The notes beneath the pieces were generated by a model. That model saw only the letters and a list, made by a program, of their open reading frames with translations. It searched no databases and was not told where the DNA came from. A stretch of DNA of 64,000 bases, from the NCBI GenBank assembly GCA_963767045.1, contig CAVYCQ010000003.1, positions 658,238-722,237 of the forward strand, given 5' to 3'. Shown here in pieces: positions 31,034 through 40,377 of the stretch (positions within the stretch are counted from its first letter, which is position 1; every line of letters starts with the position of its first letter). The DNA is from an uncultured Acidobacteriaceae bacterium (lineage in GTDB: Bacteria; Acidobacteriota; Terriglobia; Terriglobales; Acidobacteriaceae). A program made the position numbers and the translations under genes.

Positions 31034-33511
31034 ATGTCGATGTTTGTTGACCAACTCAAGCAGGTCCTGCGCAGACTCGGCCGGGCGCCGCTGTTTACCG
31101 CGATCACGCTGATTACGCTCGCCATCGGTGTGGGCGCAAACACGGTAATTTTTAGCGTCGTAGATGGTGTCCTGCTAAAGCCGCTTCCCTACCCCCATGC
31201 TGACCAATTGATTGGCGTCTGGCATTCTGCGCCGGGCATCGGCATCGCGGAACTGAATATGGCGCCGTCCATTTACTTTATCGATCGCGAGCAGAACACC
31301 ACGCTCCAGGATATTGGCGCCTACGATGGGGATTCACTGGACGTGACCGGCAATGGCAAACCCGAACACGTTCCAGGGCTCGACGTGACCGATGGCACAC
31401 TGCCTATCCTGGGCGTGGCACCGATGCTGGGGCGGTTATTTAACCGCAAAGACGATTCGGCGGGCTCTCCGCAAACCGTGGTGCTTTCCTATGGATATTG
31501 GCAACGGAAGTTTGGCGGCGCATCTTCTGTCATTGGGCGCTCGATTACCGTGGATGGAAAGCCGAGAGAAATCATCGGCGTCCTGCCCCAGCAATTCCAC
31601 TTCCTCGATCAACCGGATGTCTCGCTGTTCCTGCCTTTCCAATGGGATCGCAATAAAACCAAACTCGGCAATTTCAGTCAGCGCGGAGTTGCCCGCCTGA
31701 GGCCTGGAGTCACCATGGCCCAGGCAAGCACTGATATGGCACGGCTCCTTCCCGTGGTCTTGCGCAGCTTCCCAGCCCCGGACGGATTCAGCGCCAGCAT
31801 GTTTGAAAAAGTGCGGCTCGCGCCCAATCTCCGTCCACTCAAGCAAGATGTGGTCGGTAATGTGGGGAACGTGTTGTGGGTCCTGATGGGCTCGATCGTT
31901 CTGGTTTTGCTGGTTGCCTGCGCAAACGTCGCTAATCTTTTACTGGTCCGCGTCGAAGGCCGCCGTCAGGAGCTGGCGATTCGCTCTGCCCTGGGTGCGG
32001 GCTGGGGACGCATCGCGGCGGAGCTGCTCTTCGAGAGTGTCGTCCTGGGGGTGGCGGGCGGCCTGATCGGGCTGGCATTGGCCTACGGCGCACTGCGCGT
32101 TCTGGTGTCGATGGCGCCAACCGGCCTCCCCCGCGTCCACGAGATCGGCATCAATCTCCCAGTCCTGTTCTTCACTCTGGGGCTCAGCCTCTTTACCAGT
32201 CTGCTCATCGGCATCATCCCGATCCTCAAATATGCAGGCGCAAGGGCTACCAGCGGTCTGCGCGAAGGCGGCCGCGCGCTGAGCCAGAGCCGGGAACGGC
32301 ATCGCGCACGTCAGATCCTGGTGGTGGTGCAGGTCGCGCTGGCCCTGGTTCTGCTCATCTGCTCGGGGCTCATGGTCCGCACCTTTCGTGCCTTGATGCA
32401 TGTATCTCCCGGTTTCGTCGCACCCAACGCGGTGCAGACATTCCGTCTTTACATACCTGAAGCGCAGATACCAGACGATCAGCCGGAGCGCGTTGTGCGC
32501 ATGGACGAAGAGATTCTGCATCGGCTTGCCGCCATTCCAGGAGTTTCTTCCGTCAGCTTCTCCACCGCGGTGCCCATGGATGGGCGCAGCTCAAACGATG
32601 TTCTGTTTGCCCAGGACCATGTGTATGGCGAGGGTGAGCTGCCTCCGATACGCCGTTTCAAATTCATCTCGCCCGGATTTTTCGCAACCCTAGGCACGCC
32701 GGTCCTGGCTGGGCGCGATCTCACCTGGACCGACACCTACCAGAAGAGGCCGGTCGCCATCGTCTCTGAGAATCTCGCACGGCAGTATTGGCATGACCCC
32801 AATGGCGCGCTGGGCAAGAGGATTCGCGTAGCCAACACCGACGACTGGCGCGAGATCGTTGGGGTGGTTCAGGATGTGCATGACGACGGAGTGGACAAAG
32901 TAGCACCCAGCTCGGCGTATTGGCCCGTGATGCTCGACAATTTCGAAGGCCAAAAACAGACATTACACCGCGCGATTGCGTTCACCCTGCGTAGTCCGCG
33001 CGCCGGTTCTCGCAGTTTCATGAACGAGGTTCAGGAGCGAGTCTGGTCCGTCGATCCCGATGTGCCGCTGGCGGAGGTTTCCACGCTCGGCACGCTTTAT
33101 ACCAAATCCATGGCGCGCACTTCCTTTACCCTGGTGATGCTCTGTGTCGCGGGAAGCATGGCTCTGCTGCTCGGGATTGTCGGAATTTACGGTGTTATCT
33201 CGTATTCAGTATCGCAACGCACCCGCGAGATTGGCATTCGCATGGCATTGGGCGCTCAGCGGGAGATGCTGACGGCGATGTTTGTACGCCAGGGACTGCG
33301 GCTCACCCTCATCGGCGCAGCGTGTGGTCTCGTCACAGCCTTTGTTACCATGCGCCTGATGTCGTCGATCCTGTTCCATGTGAGCCCGGTAGATCCGCTC
33401 ACCTACGCCACCATTACTATCGGCGTCGTTGCCGTCGCTTATCTTGCCTGCTATTTGCCCTCCCGTCGCGCTGCGACCGTCGAACCAATGCATGCATTGA
33501 GAACCGAGTAG
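31034..33511 (+). CDS. ADOP-family MacB/FtsX-like permease, copy 3
   Basis: GGGAGG at 31021-31026. MSMFVDQLKQVLRRLGRAPLFTAITL.. Duplicated FtsX halves. C-terminal SRRAATVEPMHALRTE. Confidence 0.9.
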   Translation: MSMFVDQLKQVLRRLGRAPLFTAITLITLAIGVGANTVIFSVVDGVLLKPLPYPHADQLIGVWHSAPGIGIAELNMAPSIYFIDREQNTTLQDIGAYDGDSLDVTGNGKPEHVPGLDVTDGTLPILGVAPMLGRLFNRKDDSAGSPQTVVLSYGYWQRKFGGASSVIGRSITVDGKPREIIGVLPQQFHFLDQPDVSLFLPFQWDRNKTKLGNFSQRGVARLRPGVTMAQASTDMARLLPVVLRSFPAPDGFSASMFEKVRLAPNLRPLKQDVVGNVGNVLWVLMGSIVLVLLVACANVANLLLVRVEGRRQELAIRSALGAGWGRIAAELLFESVVLGVAGGLIGLALAYGALRVLVSMAPTGLPRVHEIGINLPVLFFTLGLSLFTSLLIGIIPILKYAGARATSGLREGGRALSQSRERHRARQILVVVQVALALVLLICSGLMVRTFRALMHVSPGFVAPNAVQTFRLYIPEAQIPDDQPERVVRMDEEILHRLAAIPGVSSVSFSTAVPMDGRSSNDVLFAQDHVYGEGELPPIRRFKFISPGFFATLGTPVLAGRDLTWTDTYQKRPVAIVSENLARQYWHDPNGALGKRIRVANTDDWREIVGVVQDVHDDGVDKVAPSSAYWPVMLDNFEGQKQTLHRAIAFTLRSPRAGSRSFMNEVQERVWSVDPDVPLAEVSTLGTLYTKSMARTSFTLVMLCVAGSMALLLGIVGIYGVISYSVSQRTREIGIRMALGAQREMLTAMFVRQGLRLTLIGAACGLVTAFVTMRLMSSILFHVSPVDPLTYATITIGVVAVAYLACYLPSRRAATVEPMHALRTE

Positions 33512-33518
33512 CGAGGCC

Positions 33519-33543
33519 CGGAGGAAGAGAGCCTCCGATTTAT
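33519..33543 (+). terminator. possible weak intrinsic terminator after ADOP copy 3
   Basis: CGGAGG (33519-33524) / AAGAGAG / CCTCCG (33532-33537) followed by ATTTAT. Short stem and weak T tract. Confidence 0.35.
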
Positions 33544-33606
33544 GCTGCCCCGGACTCCATAGTCTGCGGAAAAAGTGTCGTTGGGATCAGAAGACACTCC
33601 CTCGGT

Positions 33607-33689
33607 GGCTAAAGCCGAATTCAATGCAGAGGATTATGTACGGCCTTCAGGCCGTACGTAAATGTGCCGAAACTAACCGGCTTTTAGCC
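33607..33689. repeat. nested inverted repeat (structured intergenic element)
   Basis: Inner 12-bp hairpin TTATGTACGGCC / TTCA / GGCCGTACGTAA (33634-33661). Outer arms GGCTAAAGCCG (33607-33617) / CGGCTTTTAGCC (33678-33689). Confidence 0.5.
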
Positions 33690-33894
33690 GCTGAGGGGGT
33701 AGCTTTCCCCGAAGCAACATCGGCGCAGAAACCAAACGAAGCAGCGGTCAGTCCGACCCAAAGGCACCGCCGCCGCCGATCGTAAACCAGATCCTCGACC
33801 GACGGCGGGCTCACGAGCCTGATCCTGGCGAACGAAAAATAGTTCAAGTGGCATATACTCTCTTGTGGGTTAACTGCTTATAGGAGCGTCACTA

Positions 33895-34848
33895 ATGGGG
33901 ATCAATCGCAGAGGATTTCTTGCGTCCATGGTAGCTGTCGCGGCGGCGCGCGTGGTCAAGGCTCAACTGCCGCCGGAAACAGCGAATCTGTGGGGAAGCC
34001 CTGTGATCGATTGTCATTTTCATCCGCGGCCTACGATCGAGGCCAACCTCGCCCACCTGAATGGATCGGGTTGTCAGGCTGCGTATATGTTGGCGCGGCT
34101 TACCGGGGCCGACGATTGCAAGAAATTCATGGCCCAGGAGCCGACCCGTTTCGCCGGCTACTCCGTGAGCACGGACCCCTCCGCTGCAGACGCGGTCAAG
34201 CTGTTGACTGAGGCAGTGAAGGCAGGAGCCCACGGGTTCGGCGAGGTCAAATACCATCTTGAAGCCGACGGGCCGGAGATGAAGCGGCTCTACGCAGCCG
34301 CTGCCGAACTCGACGTACCCATCACTATCCACTTTCAGGAAGTGCCGCACACCCCAACCGAAGGCCTATTCAATACCGGGTTCAAGCGCTTCGACGCCGT
34401 GCTGAAGGAGTTTCCCAAGACCACCTTCGTGGGGCATTGCGATGCGTTTTGGGCCAACATCAGCGCGGACTATGCCAATGACAAGGACTACCCCAGAACA
34501 CCCATCGTACGGGGCGGCATTACCGACAAATGGCTTTCCGATTATCCCAACCTCTACGCTGACCTTTCCGCGAACTCCGGCAACAATGCGCTCACTCGCG
34601 ATCCCGGGTTCACTGCCGATTTTCTTAAGCGGCACAAAGAGAAATTGTTCTTTGGCAGCGACTGTATGTGCACCGACGGACATGGCGCGGGCGTCTCGCA
34701 GGGAGGCAACCCCGGCGCGGCCAGGCTGGCGGGCAAGTGCGTAGCCCGCGAGACCCTCACGGTGTTGAAAGCCAATACCACCCCGAAGCTCTTCCATACT
34801 TTGGTATGGGAAAACGGGCACCGGGTTTACAAGTTAAAGACGACGTAA
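33895..34848 (+). CDS. amidohydrolase-family (TIM-barrel metal-dependent hydrolase) protein with Tat-type signal
   Basis: MGINRRGFLASMVAVAAARVVKA twin-arginine signal. DCHFH metal-binding start of the amidohydrolase_2-like fold. Confidence 0.7.
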   Translation: MGINRRGFLASMVAVAAARVVKAQLPPETANLWGSPVIDCHFHPRPTIEANLAHLNGSGCQAAYMLARLTGADDCKKFMAQEPTRFAGYSVSTDPSAADAVKLLTEAVKAGAHGFGEVKYHLEADGPEMKRLYAAAAELDVPITIHFQEVPHTPTEGLFNTGFKRFDAVLKEFPKTTFVGHCDAFWANISADYANDKDYPRTPIVRGGITDKWLSDYPNLYADLSANSGNNALTRDPGFTADFLKRHKEKLFFGSDCMCTDGHGAGVSQGGNPGAARLAGKCVARETLTVLKANTTPKLFHTLVWENGHRVYKLKTT

Positions 34849-34871
34849 TCGGCCATTTTCTGGAGGCACTC

Positions 34872-36389
34872 TTGTTGCGAACCCTCGCTGCTGCACCCGG
34901 GCTGCTTTCGAGCACCCGCCGGTGGATGCTGGTAACGTTGCTCTGCGTCCCCCCTTGTCTGCAGGCACAATTTGGGCCACCAGAACCGCAAGGGTCCGGG
35001 CCCAAACTCGAACCCCCTACCGTATTTCCTGATCCCGGCACGTATCCCACCACGGAATCCGTCACACTGATGGATGCTGATCCGCAGGCCACGATCCACT
35101 ACACCTGGGACGGCAGCAATCCCACGTCAAAGAGTCCGGTGTACGACCCGTCGCAGGTGCTATTCATTGGCGGCATCTACGAGGGCAATCACGGCCTGAA
35201 GGCCGGCTACACCATACGCGCAGTCGCCATGCATGAGGGGCACACCAACAGCGCCATCGCCAATTTCCAGTTCGTCGTGGACCGGCGGGACTACACCGCC
35301 TACGTCTCGGAAGAGATTCTTCCGGGTGTTCGCATGATCCGCGATTCTGACAACGACAAGATGTTTCTGGTGAAAGGCGAGAAGGCGTTCGCGCTCATTG
35401 ATAGCGGCCAGGGACGCGGCGCGCTGAAGGAATACCTCTCGCAGTACACGGGCGGCTTGCCCATTCTGCCGATCTTCACCCACAGCCACGGAGATCACAT
35501 CGGGCAGGCAGACCAGTTCATCGCCGACTCAGTGGAACGCATTGGTGAAGCGGATCGGCCGGCAACGGAGAAGCTGCTTAAGGGCCGGGGCGTCGCCGAC
35601 GATGTGATCGCGAAGAACCTTGTATCGGTTCATAACGGAGAACGTGTCGATTTGGGTGACCGCTCGCTCGTAATTTACGATGCTCCTGGGCATACGCCCG
35701 GATCGATCGTGATTTTTGACGAGAAGACCGGTAATCTGTTCACCGGGGACTCGTACGGCAGCAACTCGCCCACCATCCCGGATGCGCTCTGGCTCCAATT
35801 CAGTCAGGCCCCGGTGGATGCGTATCTGGCGACGGTGAAGACCAGCAGGCAGTACTTTCGCGGCAAGGTCACGCATTTGATGACCGGCCACAACGATCAT
35901 CCGTTGACCGGCGAAAAGTACCTCGATAACCTGCAGTCGGCCTTGCAATCTTTGATGGACAAGGGAGACGCGGTACTTGTGCCGTCCTACCGGCCCACGG
36001 GCCTTCTGCAAGTCACCATTGGCGATCGCATGCATGACCCGGACTGGGTCGCGATCAATGTCAACAAAGCGCATTACCTTCCGGCTCCTGTCGACAAGAT
36101 CGCCGGCCTTACGCTCCTCGACTTCAGTGGCGCGGTGCTGAAACCGGCCTTCTCGCCCAATGTAAAGAGCTACACCGCGGTCTTGCCCAAGAACAGCTCC
36201 ACCGCATCCTTGTCAGTGGAAGCAACGTCCTCGCGATCGAGCGTGGTCACCGTCAACGGGAAATCCGCGAAGACCGGCTCGGCCAACGTTGTCTCTCTCT
36301 CCGGCAAGTCGACGCCGGTCACGGTCCATGTAGCCTCGCCCGACGGCTCACAAACAGCAGACTACGTTGTGACCGTTACGAAACCATAA
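34872..36389 (+). CDS. secreted MBL-fold metallo-hydrolase with N-terminal chitobiase/FN3-associated-like and C-terminal cadherin-like beta-sandwich domains
   Basis: TTG 34872 preceded by GGAGG (34862-34866); alternative ATG at 34926. THSHGDH (HxHxDH) motif. N-terminal GTYPTTESVTL..ATIHYTWDGSNPT. C-terminal LKPAFSPNVKSYTAVLP..VTVNG. Confidence 0.75.
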   Translation: MLRTLAAAPGLLSSTRRWMLVTLLCVPPCLQAQFGPPEPQGSGPKLEPPTVFPDPGTYPTTESVTLMDADPQATIHYTWDGSNPTSKSPVYDPSQVLFIGGIYEGNHGLKAGYTIRAVAMHEGHTNSAIANFQFVVDRRDYTAYVSEEILPGVRMIRDSDNDKMFLVKGEKAFALIDSGQGRGALKEYLSQYTGGLPILPIFTHSHGDHIGQADQFIADSVERIGEADRPATEKLLKGRGVADDVIAKNLVSVHNGERVDLGDRSLVIYDAPGHTPGSIVIFDEKTGNLFTGDSYGSNSPTIPDALWLQFSQAPVDAYLATVKTSRQYFRGKVTHLMTGHNDHPLTGEKYLDNLQSALQSLMDKGDAVLVPSYRPTGLLQVTIGDRMHDPDWVAINVNKAHYLPAPVDKIAGLTLLDFSGAVLKPAFSPNVKSYTAVLPKNSSTASLSVEATSSRSSVVTVNGKSAKTGSANVVSLSGKSTPVTVHVASPDGSQTADYVVTVTKP

Positions 36390-36412
36390 AGCGGTCGATA
36401 ACGCACTTCTCT

Positions 36413-36565
36413 CACCCACCAGCAACGAAGGCTGGGCGCCCCATATCCCCGATTTCCTGCGAATCTCGATGGGTTCCGCGCACTTCATGCGCCTTTCCTT
36501 GAAGAAAGGCGCACACGCGGTGATGTCCAGTTCTGCGTACAGGAAATTCGGGGTGTGGGACTCCA
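36413..36565 (+). repeat. intergenic repeat family C, copy 2
   Basis: CACCCACCAGCAACGAAGGCTGGGCGCCCCAT (reverse core). Outer arms CCCCGATTTCCTG (36447-36459) / CAGGAAATTCGGGG (36540-36553). Inner arms GCGCCTTTC (36489-36497) / GAAAGGCGC (36504-36512). Confidence 0.6.
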
Positions 36566-36737
36566 CAGCGCTCGACCCGCCTTTTTGTCATCCGAGCTCA
36601 TGCAAATAGCGCATATATGATGGGATGGTGTTCTTCGACCAGACCCCGCACGATATGGAACGAATACTCGGCTGACCCATCTCACCAGCCCACAACTGAA
36701 GTTGCATCCAGTCGCCACCATGCCGAAACAGAGGGGA

Positions 36738-39065
36738 ATGATGAAGTCTCGCGTCGGCATTCTGTTGATGGGGCTGGCTCTTCTGTGCGGCGCACTCCAT
36801 GCTCAGGCCGCAGACGCGAACAGGCACGTTTCCATTTGGATTATTTCGTCGGAGGGATCGGGTCCAAACGACATTGCTCAGGGAGCGGACCTACCGTCTC
36901 GCATGGAGGCCTTGCGGTTGTCGCTCGCGGGAACCCGCGTACGGTTGCTTAATGTGGAAGCTCCGTTGGCGGCGAAGACCGGCAGCTGGTTTCCCGAATA
37001 CACAGTTCCGAATTTTCAAGCGGTGGCAAATCAGCGAGGGACATTCGCGGCGCTGGCGCGTTTTGCGGCGCAGAACAATGCTGACGTCGTTTTGCGTGTG
37101 ATCACATGGCGCGAGGCAGCCGATCTGCTGCGCGCCGCGCACACGACTGGCCCCGATGCGTTGCCGGACGTGATGGAAGTTGGTACGACGTGGACGGGGA
37201 ATCTAGCTGCGAGCGGTAGAATCCGATCCCGCCCGGATTGGCAAAAGAGCAGGGGAAAGTGGCGGGACGTGCTGAATGTCCCAGCCTGCGCGCTGCCGCT
37301 GATTACCGATGTCCGCCTTCTTTTCTACTGGAAGCGATTGCCTTCTGCTGCGCCTGACTCGCCTGCGCTGTCTCTCAATAACGCTAGTTGGCCGGCTATC
37401 CTCGACTCTCTCCGTAGCGGAACGTCTTCCGGTGAAACAATTACGCTCCCAACCGGGAACTCCCTTAACCTGCTTTACGATTACGTTTCGCTGGTCATGG
37501 CCGGCGGAAGCCAGTCCATTCTTCATGAGGATCTGTTCGGTTCTCGTCTGTCTCTCTCCAGCCAGAGCGCACTTTCCGTCCCGGTCTATCTTGCCGAACA
37601 CTCCTCGGTTCCTCTCGGTAAGGGTGAAGCTCGTCAGTTGGTCAGCTTTCCCGAAGCTACCCATGAAGAAGCAATGCGTGACTTCGTAAACGGCGGTTAT
37701 CGGGCAACCTTGGAACCCGCCAGTTTTATGACCCGATGGGCCTACGATTTCTACGGGCGGCCGCAAGAGAAGGACAAGGCGAAACGATTTTGGGATTACG
37801 CGGCGGCCGTAGTACCCCCGGGAGGTTTTAAAGGTGGCGGCGAACTCGTAGTTCTGAGCACGAAACCAGATCCCGAATTGGCTTTCAAGCTGGCTGACGC
37901 TCTGGCAACCGACCCGGAATATACGGAAAGGCTGGGCCAAGCCGGCTTCCTGGCCTCCGGCAAACCTGATTATGGGACAGACGCGTTGGTCGCATCCGTC
38001 ATCAAGGATGAGCGGGACGTTCAAGACGCACGCCTTTTCGGTGAAACCGTCCGCCAGGCTATCGACCAGGGGCATAGATACCCGGACTTCGCAGGATGGA
38101 CGGCGGTCATCGAGGATCCCGCCGTGATGGAAAAGCTTCAACGGGTTTGGCGCCGTATGGCGGAAGGGGACGTACCCGGCGTGCGCCAGGCCGCCAAAGA
38201 GGTCGACTGGGCGGTCAATTCCCGGATATATCCACCCGCACGGGCACTCAATGGGGTCATCCAGTCATGGCGACTCATTGCTGTTGTTCTTTCTCTGACA
38301 GCTTTTCTGGTGCTGCTGGGAGGGCTCCATCGACTGCGGCTGCGTCAGTTGGAGCAGCAGTTCAACATGCGCCTGGAAGAGCGTATCAACGAGCGGACTC
38401 GCATCGCGCGGGATTTGCACGATACGCTACTGCAAAGTTTTCACGGACTTTTGCTGCGATTTCAGGCGGCGACGTATCTTCTGCCAGAACGGCCAGAGGA
38501 AGCGCAGAAAACACTGGAGAGCGCGCTTGATCGGGCAGAGGAAGCGATTGCCGAGGGGCGTGATGCGGTGCGTGGTTTGCGCTCATCGACGGTCTTGACC
38601 AACGACCTTGCCGCGGCGATCAACACATCGGGCGCAGAACTCGCGACCGGTGAAACCAACCCACATCATGCGGTTTTTCATGTCAGGGTTGAAGGCGCGT
38701 CGCGCGACCTGAATCCGATATCGCGAGACGAAGTGTTTCGGATTGCCGTCGAGGCCATGCGCAACGCATTCAAGCACGCAGAGGCGCAGCGGATCGAAGT
38801 GGAAATTCAGTATCTCGAACGGCAATTCCGATTGCGGGTGCGAGATGATGGAAAGGGCGTTGACGAAAAGTTCGTGAACCAAGAAGGGGGCCGAGGACAC
38901 TACGGCATGCGCGGTATGCGGGAGCGCGCCAAACTCTTGGGTGGCAAGCTGACGGTGCGAAGTGAACCCGATGCGGGCACGGAACTGGAGCTGAGTATTC
39001 CTGCCGCGAATGCTTATGCGACGCCTGAGAGTGGGAAGCACCCGGCAGCTGAGAAAACCCGATAA
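36738..39065 (+). CDS. sensor histidine kinase (HisKA_3 + HATPase_c) with periplasmic solute-binding-protein-like sensor domain
   Basis: ATG 36738/36741 after GAGGGG. Signal/TM segment, then an extracytoplasmic domain of about 470 aa resembling sugar SBPs. TM segment WRLIAVVLSLTAFLVLLGGL. RIARDLHDTLLQ (HisKA_3 H-box). GHYGMRGMRERA..GG.L (G-boxes). Confidence 0.85.
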   Translation: MMKSRVGILLMGLALLCGALHAQAADANRHVSIWIISSEGSGPNDIAQGADLPSRMEALRLSLAGTRVRLLNVEAPLAAKTGSWFPEYTVPNFQAVANQRGTFAALARFAAQNNADVVLRVITWREAADLLRAAHTTGPDALPDVMEVGTTWTGNLAASGRIRSRPDWQKSRGKWRDVLNVPACALPLITDVRLLFYWKRLPSAAPDSPALSLNNASWPAILDSLRSGTSSGETITLPTGNSLNLLYDYVSLVMAGGSQSILHEDLFGSRLSLSSQSALSVPVYLAEHSSVPLGKGEARQLVSFPEATHEEAMRDFVNGGYRATLEPASFMTRWAYDFYGRPQEKDKAKRFWDYAAAVVPPGGFKGGGELVVLSTKPDPELAFKLADALATDPEYTERLGQAGFLASGKPDYGTDALVASVIKDERDVQDARLFGETVRQAIDQGHRYPDFAGWTAVIEDPAVMEKLQRVWRRMAEGDVPGVRQAAKEVDWAVNSRIYPPARALNGVIQSWRLIAVVLSLTAFLVLLGGLHRLRLRQLEQQFNMRLEERINERTRIARDLHDTLLQSFHGLLLRFQAATYLLPERPEEAQKTLESALDRAEEAIAEGRDAVRGLRSSTVLTNDLAAAINTSGAELATGETNPHHAVFHVRVEGASRDLNPISRDEVFRIAVEAMRNAFKHAEAQRIEVEIQYLERQFRLRVRDDGKGVDEKFVNQEGGRGHYGMRGMRERAKLLGGKLTVRSEPDAGTELELSIPAANAYATPESGKHPAAEKTR

Positions 39066-39068
39066 TTT

Positions 39069-39163
39069 TGGCGGAAGTGCGTGCGAGTCGAACACACCGT
39101 CGCCCGTTAAGAACGACCACCGGTTTTGAAGACCGGGAGGATCACCGGAACCTAAGCACTTCC
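39069..39163 (-). tRNA. selC: tRNA-Sec (anticodon UCA)
   Basis: The reverse complement reads GGAAGTGC-TT-AGGTTC-CGGT-GATCCT-C-CCGGT-CTTCAAA-ACCGG-TG-GTCGTTC-TTAAC-GGGCGAC-G-GTGTG-TTCGACT-CGCAC-GCACTTCC-G-CCA. It is 95 nt, with an 8-bp acceptor, a 6-bp D stem (1 mismatch) with a 4-nt loop, a UCA anticodon, a 7-bp extra arm, a 5-bp T stem and an encoded CCA. This is the bacterial 8/5 tRNA-Sec architecture. Confidence 0.9.
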
Positions 39164-39195
39164 CTCGCCTGACCGGCATTCGAAGATTAGTGGTA

Positions 39196-39248
39196 TCCCA
39201 CTCAAGCCAAAACCGGGCTTGCATGGGGCACCCAGCCTTCGTTGCTGG
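39196..39248 (+). repeat. intergenic repeat family A, copy 2
   Basis: TCCCACTCAAGCC (39196-39208) / AAAACCG / GGCTTGCATGGGG (39216-39228), then CACCCAGCCTTCGTTGCTGG. Lies between selC and selD. Confidence 0.6.
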
Positions 39249-39282
39249 TAGCCTATTATCCTAACCGACGAGGAGTGATCGA

Positions 39283-40350
39283 TTGGCCGCTTCCACAGCA
39301 ATAAGACTGACCCAGCAGGTCAAAGCCGGCGGATGCGCGAGCAAACTGCCGCCAGGATTGCTGGCAGCAGTGCTTTCCAAGCTGCCGCGGCAGACGGATG
39401 CCAATCTTTTGGTTGGCTTCGATACCTCCGATGACGCCGGGGTTTATCGCATCGCACCGAACCTGGCCCTGGTGCAGACTGTGGACTTCTTTACCCCGCT
39501 GGTGGATGACCCCTATACCTTCGGCCAGATTGCGGCCACCAATGCGCTCAGTGACGTGTATGCCATGGGGGGACGGCCGGTTACTGCCCTCTCCGTCGTG
39601 TGTTTTCCCCAGGACGGGGACCTGAAGGTTCTTGAGGCGATTATGTGCGGGGGCATGGCGAAACTTGCCGAAGCGTCCTGCGTGGTCCTGGGTGGCCATA
39701 GCGTGCGCGATCAGGAGATCAAGTTTGGCTACGCGGTGACGGGGCTCATCGATCCCGATCGTGTGCTGACTAATGCGGGCGCGCAACAGGGCGACGATCT
39801 CATACTTACCAAGCCCATCGGCACAGGAGTGATTACGACTGCGCTGAAACAAGGAAAGGCCGAGCCGGCCTGGGTGGCGGAGGCAATCCGCTCCATGACC
39901 ACGCTCAACCGTTTGCCGTCGGAAGTGGTGACAGGCGCGGAGGGTGTTCACGCCATGACGGACGTAACCGGCTTTGGCCTGATGGGGCATGCTCGTGAGC
40001 TCGCCATCGGGAGCGGCATGCGTATTGAGATTTTTGTCGAGCAGGTGCCGCGGATAGAAGGCGCGCTCGATGCCATTGAACGGGGGGCTATTCCCGCCGG
40101 CCTGCTTGCCAATCGCGAGTTTGCCGAATGCGTAAGCGCGGATGCACCCGGGGCTGCGATTGCGGACGAGGTGCGCGCCCTGCTGTATGACCCGCAAACC
40201 GCAGGCGGTCTGCTGGTTTCCGTTGCGGCCGGCGGCTCCCACGCATTGTTGCAGGCTCTGAACGCTGCAGGTGTAGCCGCAGCCAGGATTGGCAGCGTGC
40301 TCGGCCCCTATGCCGCGGGCTCGGGCGAGCCGGCGATTCTGCTGCGATAA
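39283..40350 (+). CDS. selD: selenide, water dikinase (selenophosphate synthetase), Cys-type
   Basis: TTG 39283 with GAGGAG at 39270-39275. RLTQQVKAGGCASKL (Cys as TGC, plus Lys). DDAGVY, DFFTP.VDDPY.FG.IAA.NALSD..AMGG and GGHS blocks. Confidence 0.93.
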   Translation: MAASTAIRLTQQVKAGGCASKLPPGLLAAVLSKLPRQTDANLLVGFDTSDDAGVYRIAPNLALVQTVDFFTPLVDDPYTFGQIAATNALSDVYAMGGRPVTALSVVCFPQDGDLKVLEAIMCGGMAKLAEASCVVLGGHSVRDQEIKFGYAVTGLIDPDRVLTNAGAQQGDDLILTKPIGTGVITTALKQGKAEPAWVAEAIRSMTTLNRLPSEVVTGAEGVHAMTDVTGFGLMGHARELAIGSGMRIEIFVEQVPRIEGALDAIERGAIPAGLLANREFAECVSADAPGAAIADEVRALLYDPQTAGGLLVSVAAGGSHALLQALNAAGVAAARIGSVLGPYAAGSGEPAILLR

Positions 40351-40377
40351 ACAGAATCCAGACAGACTGGCAAGCTC

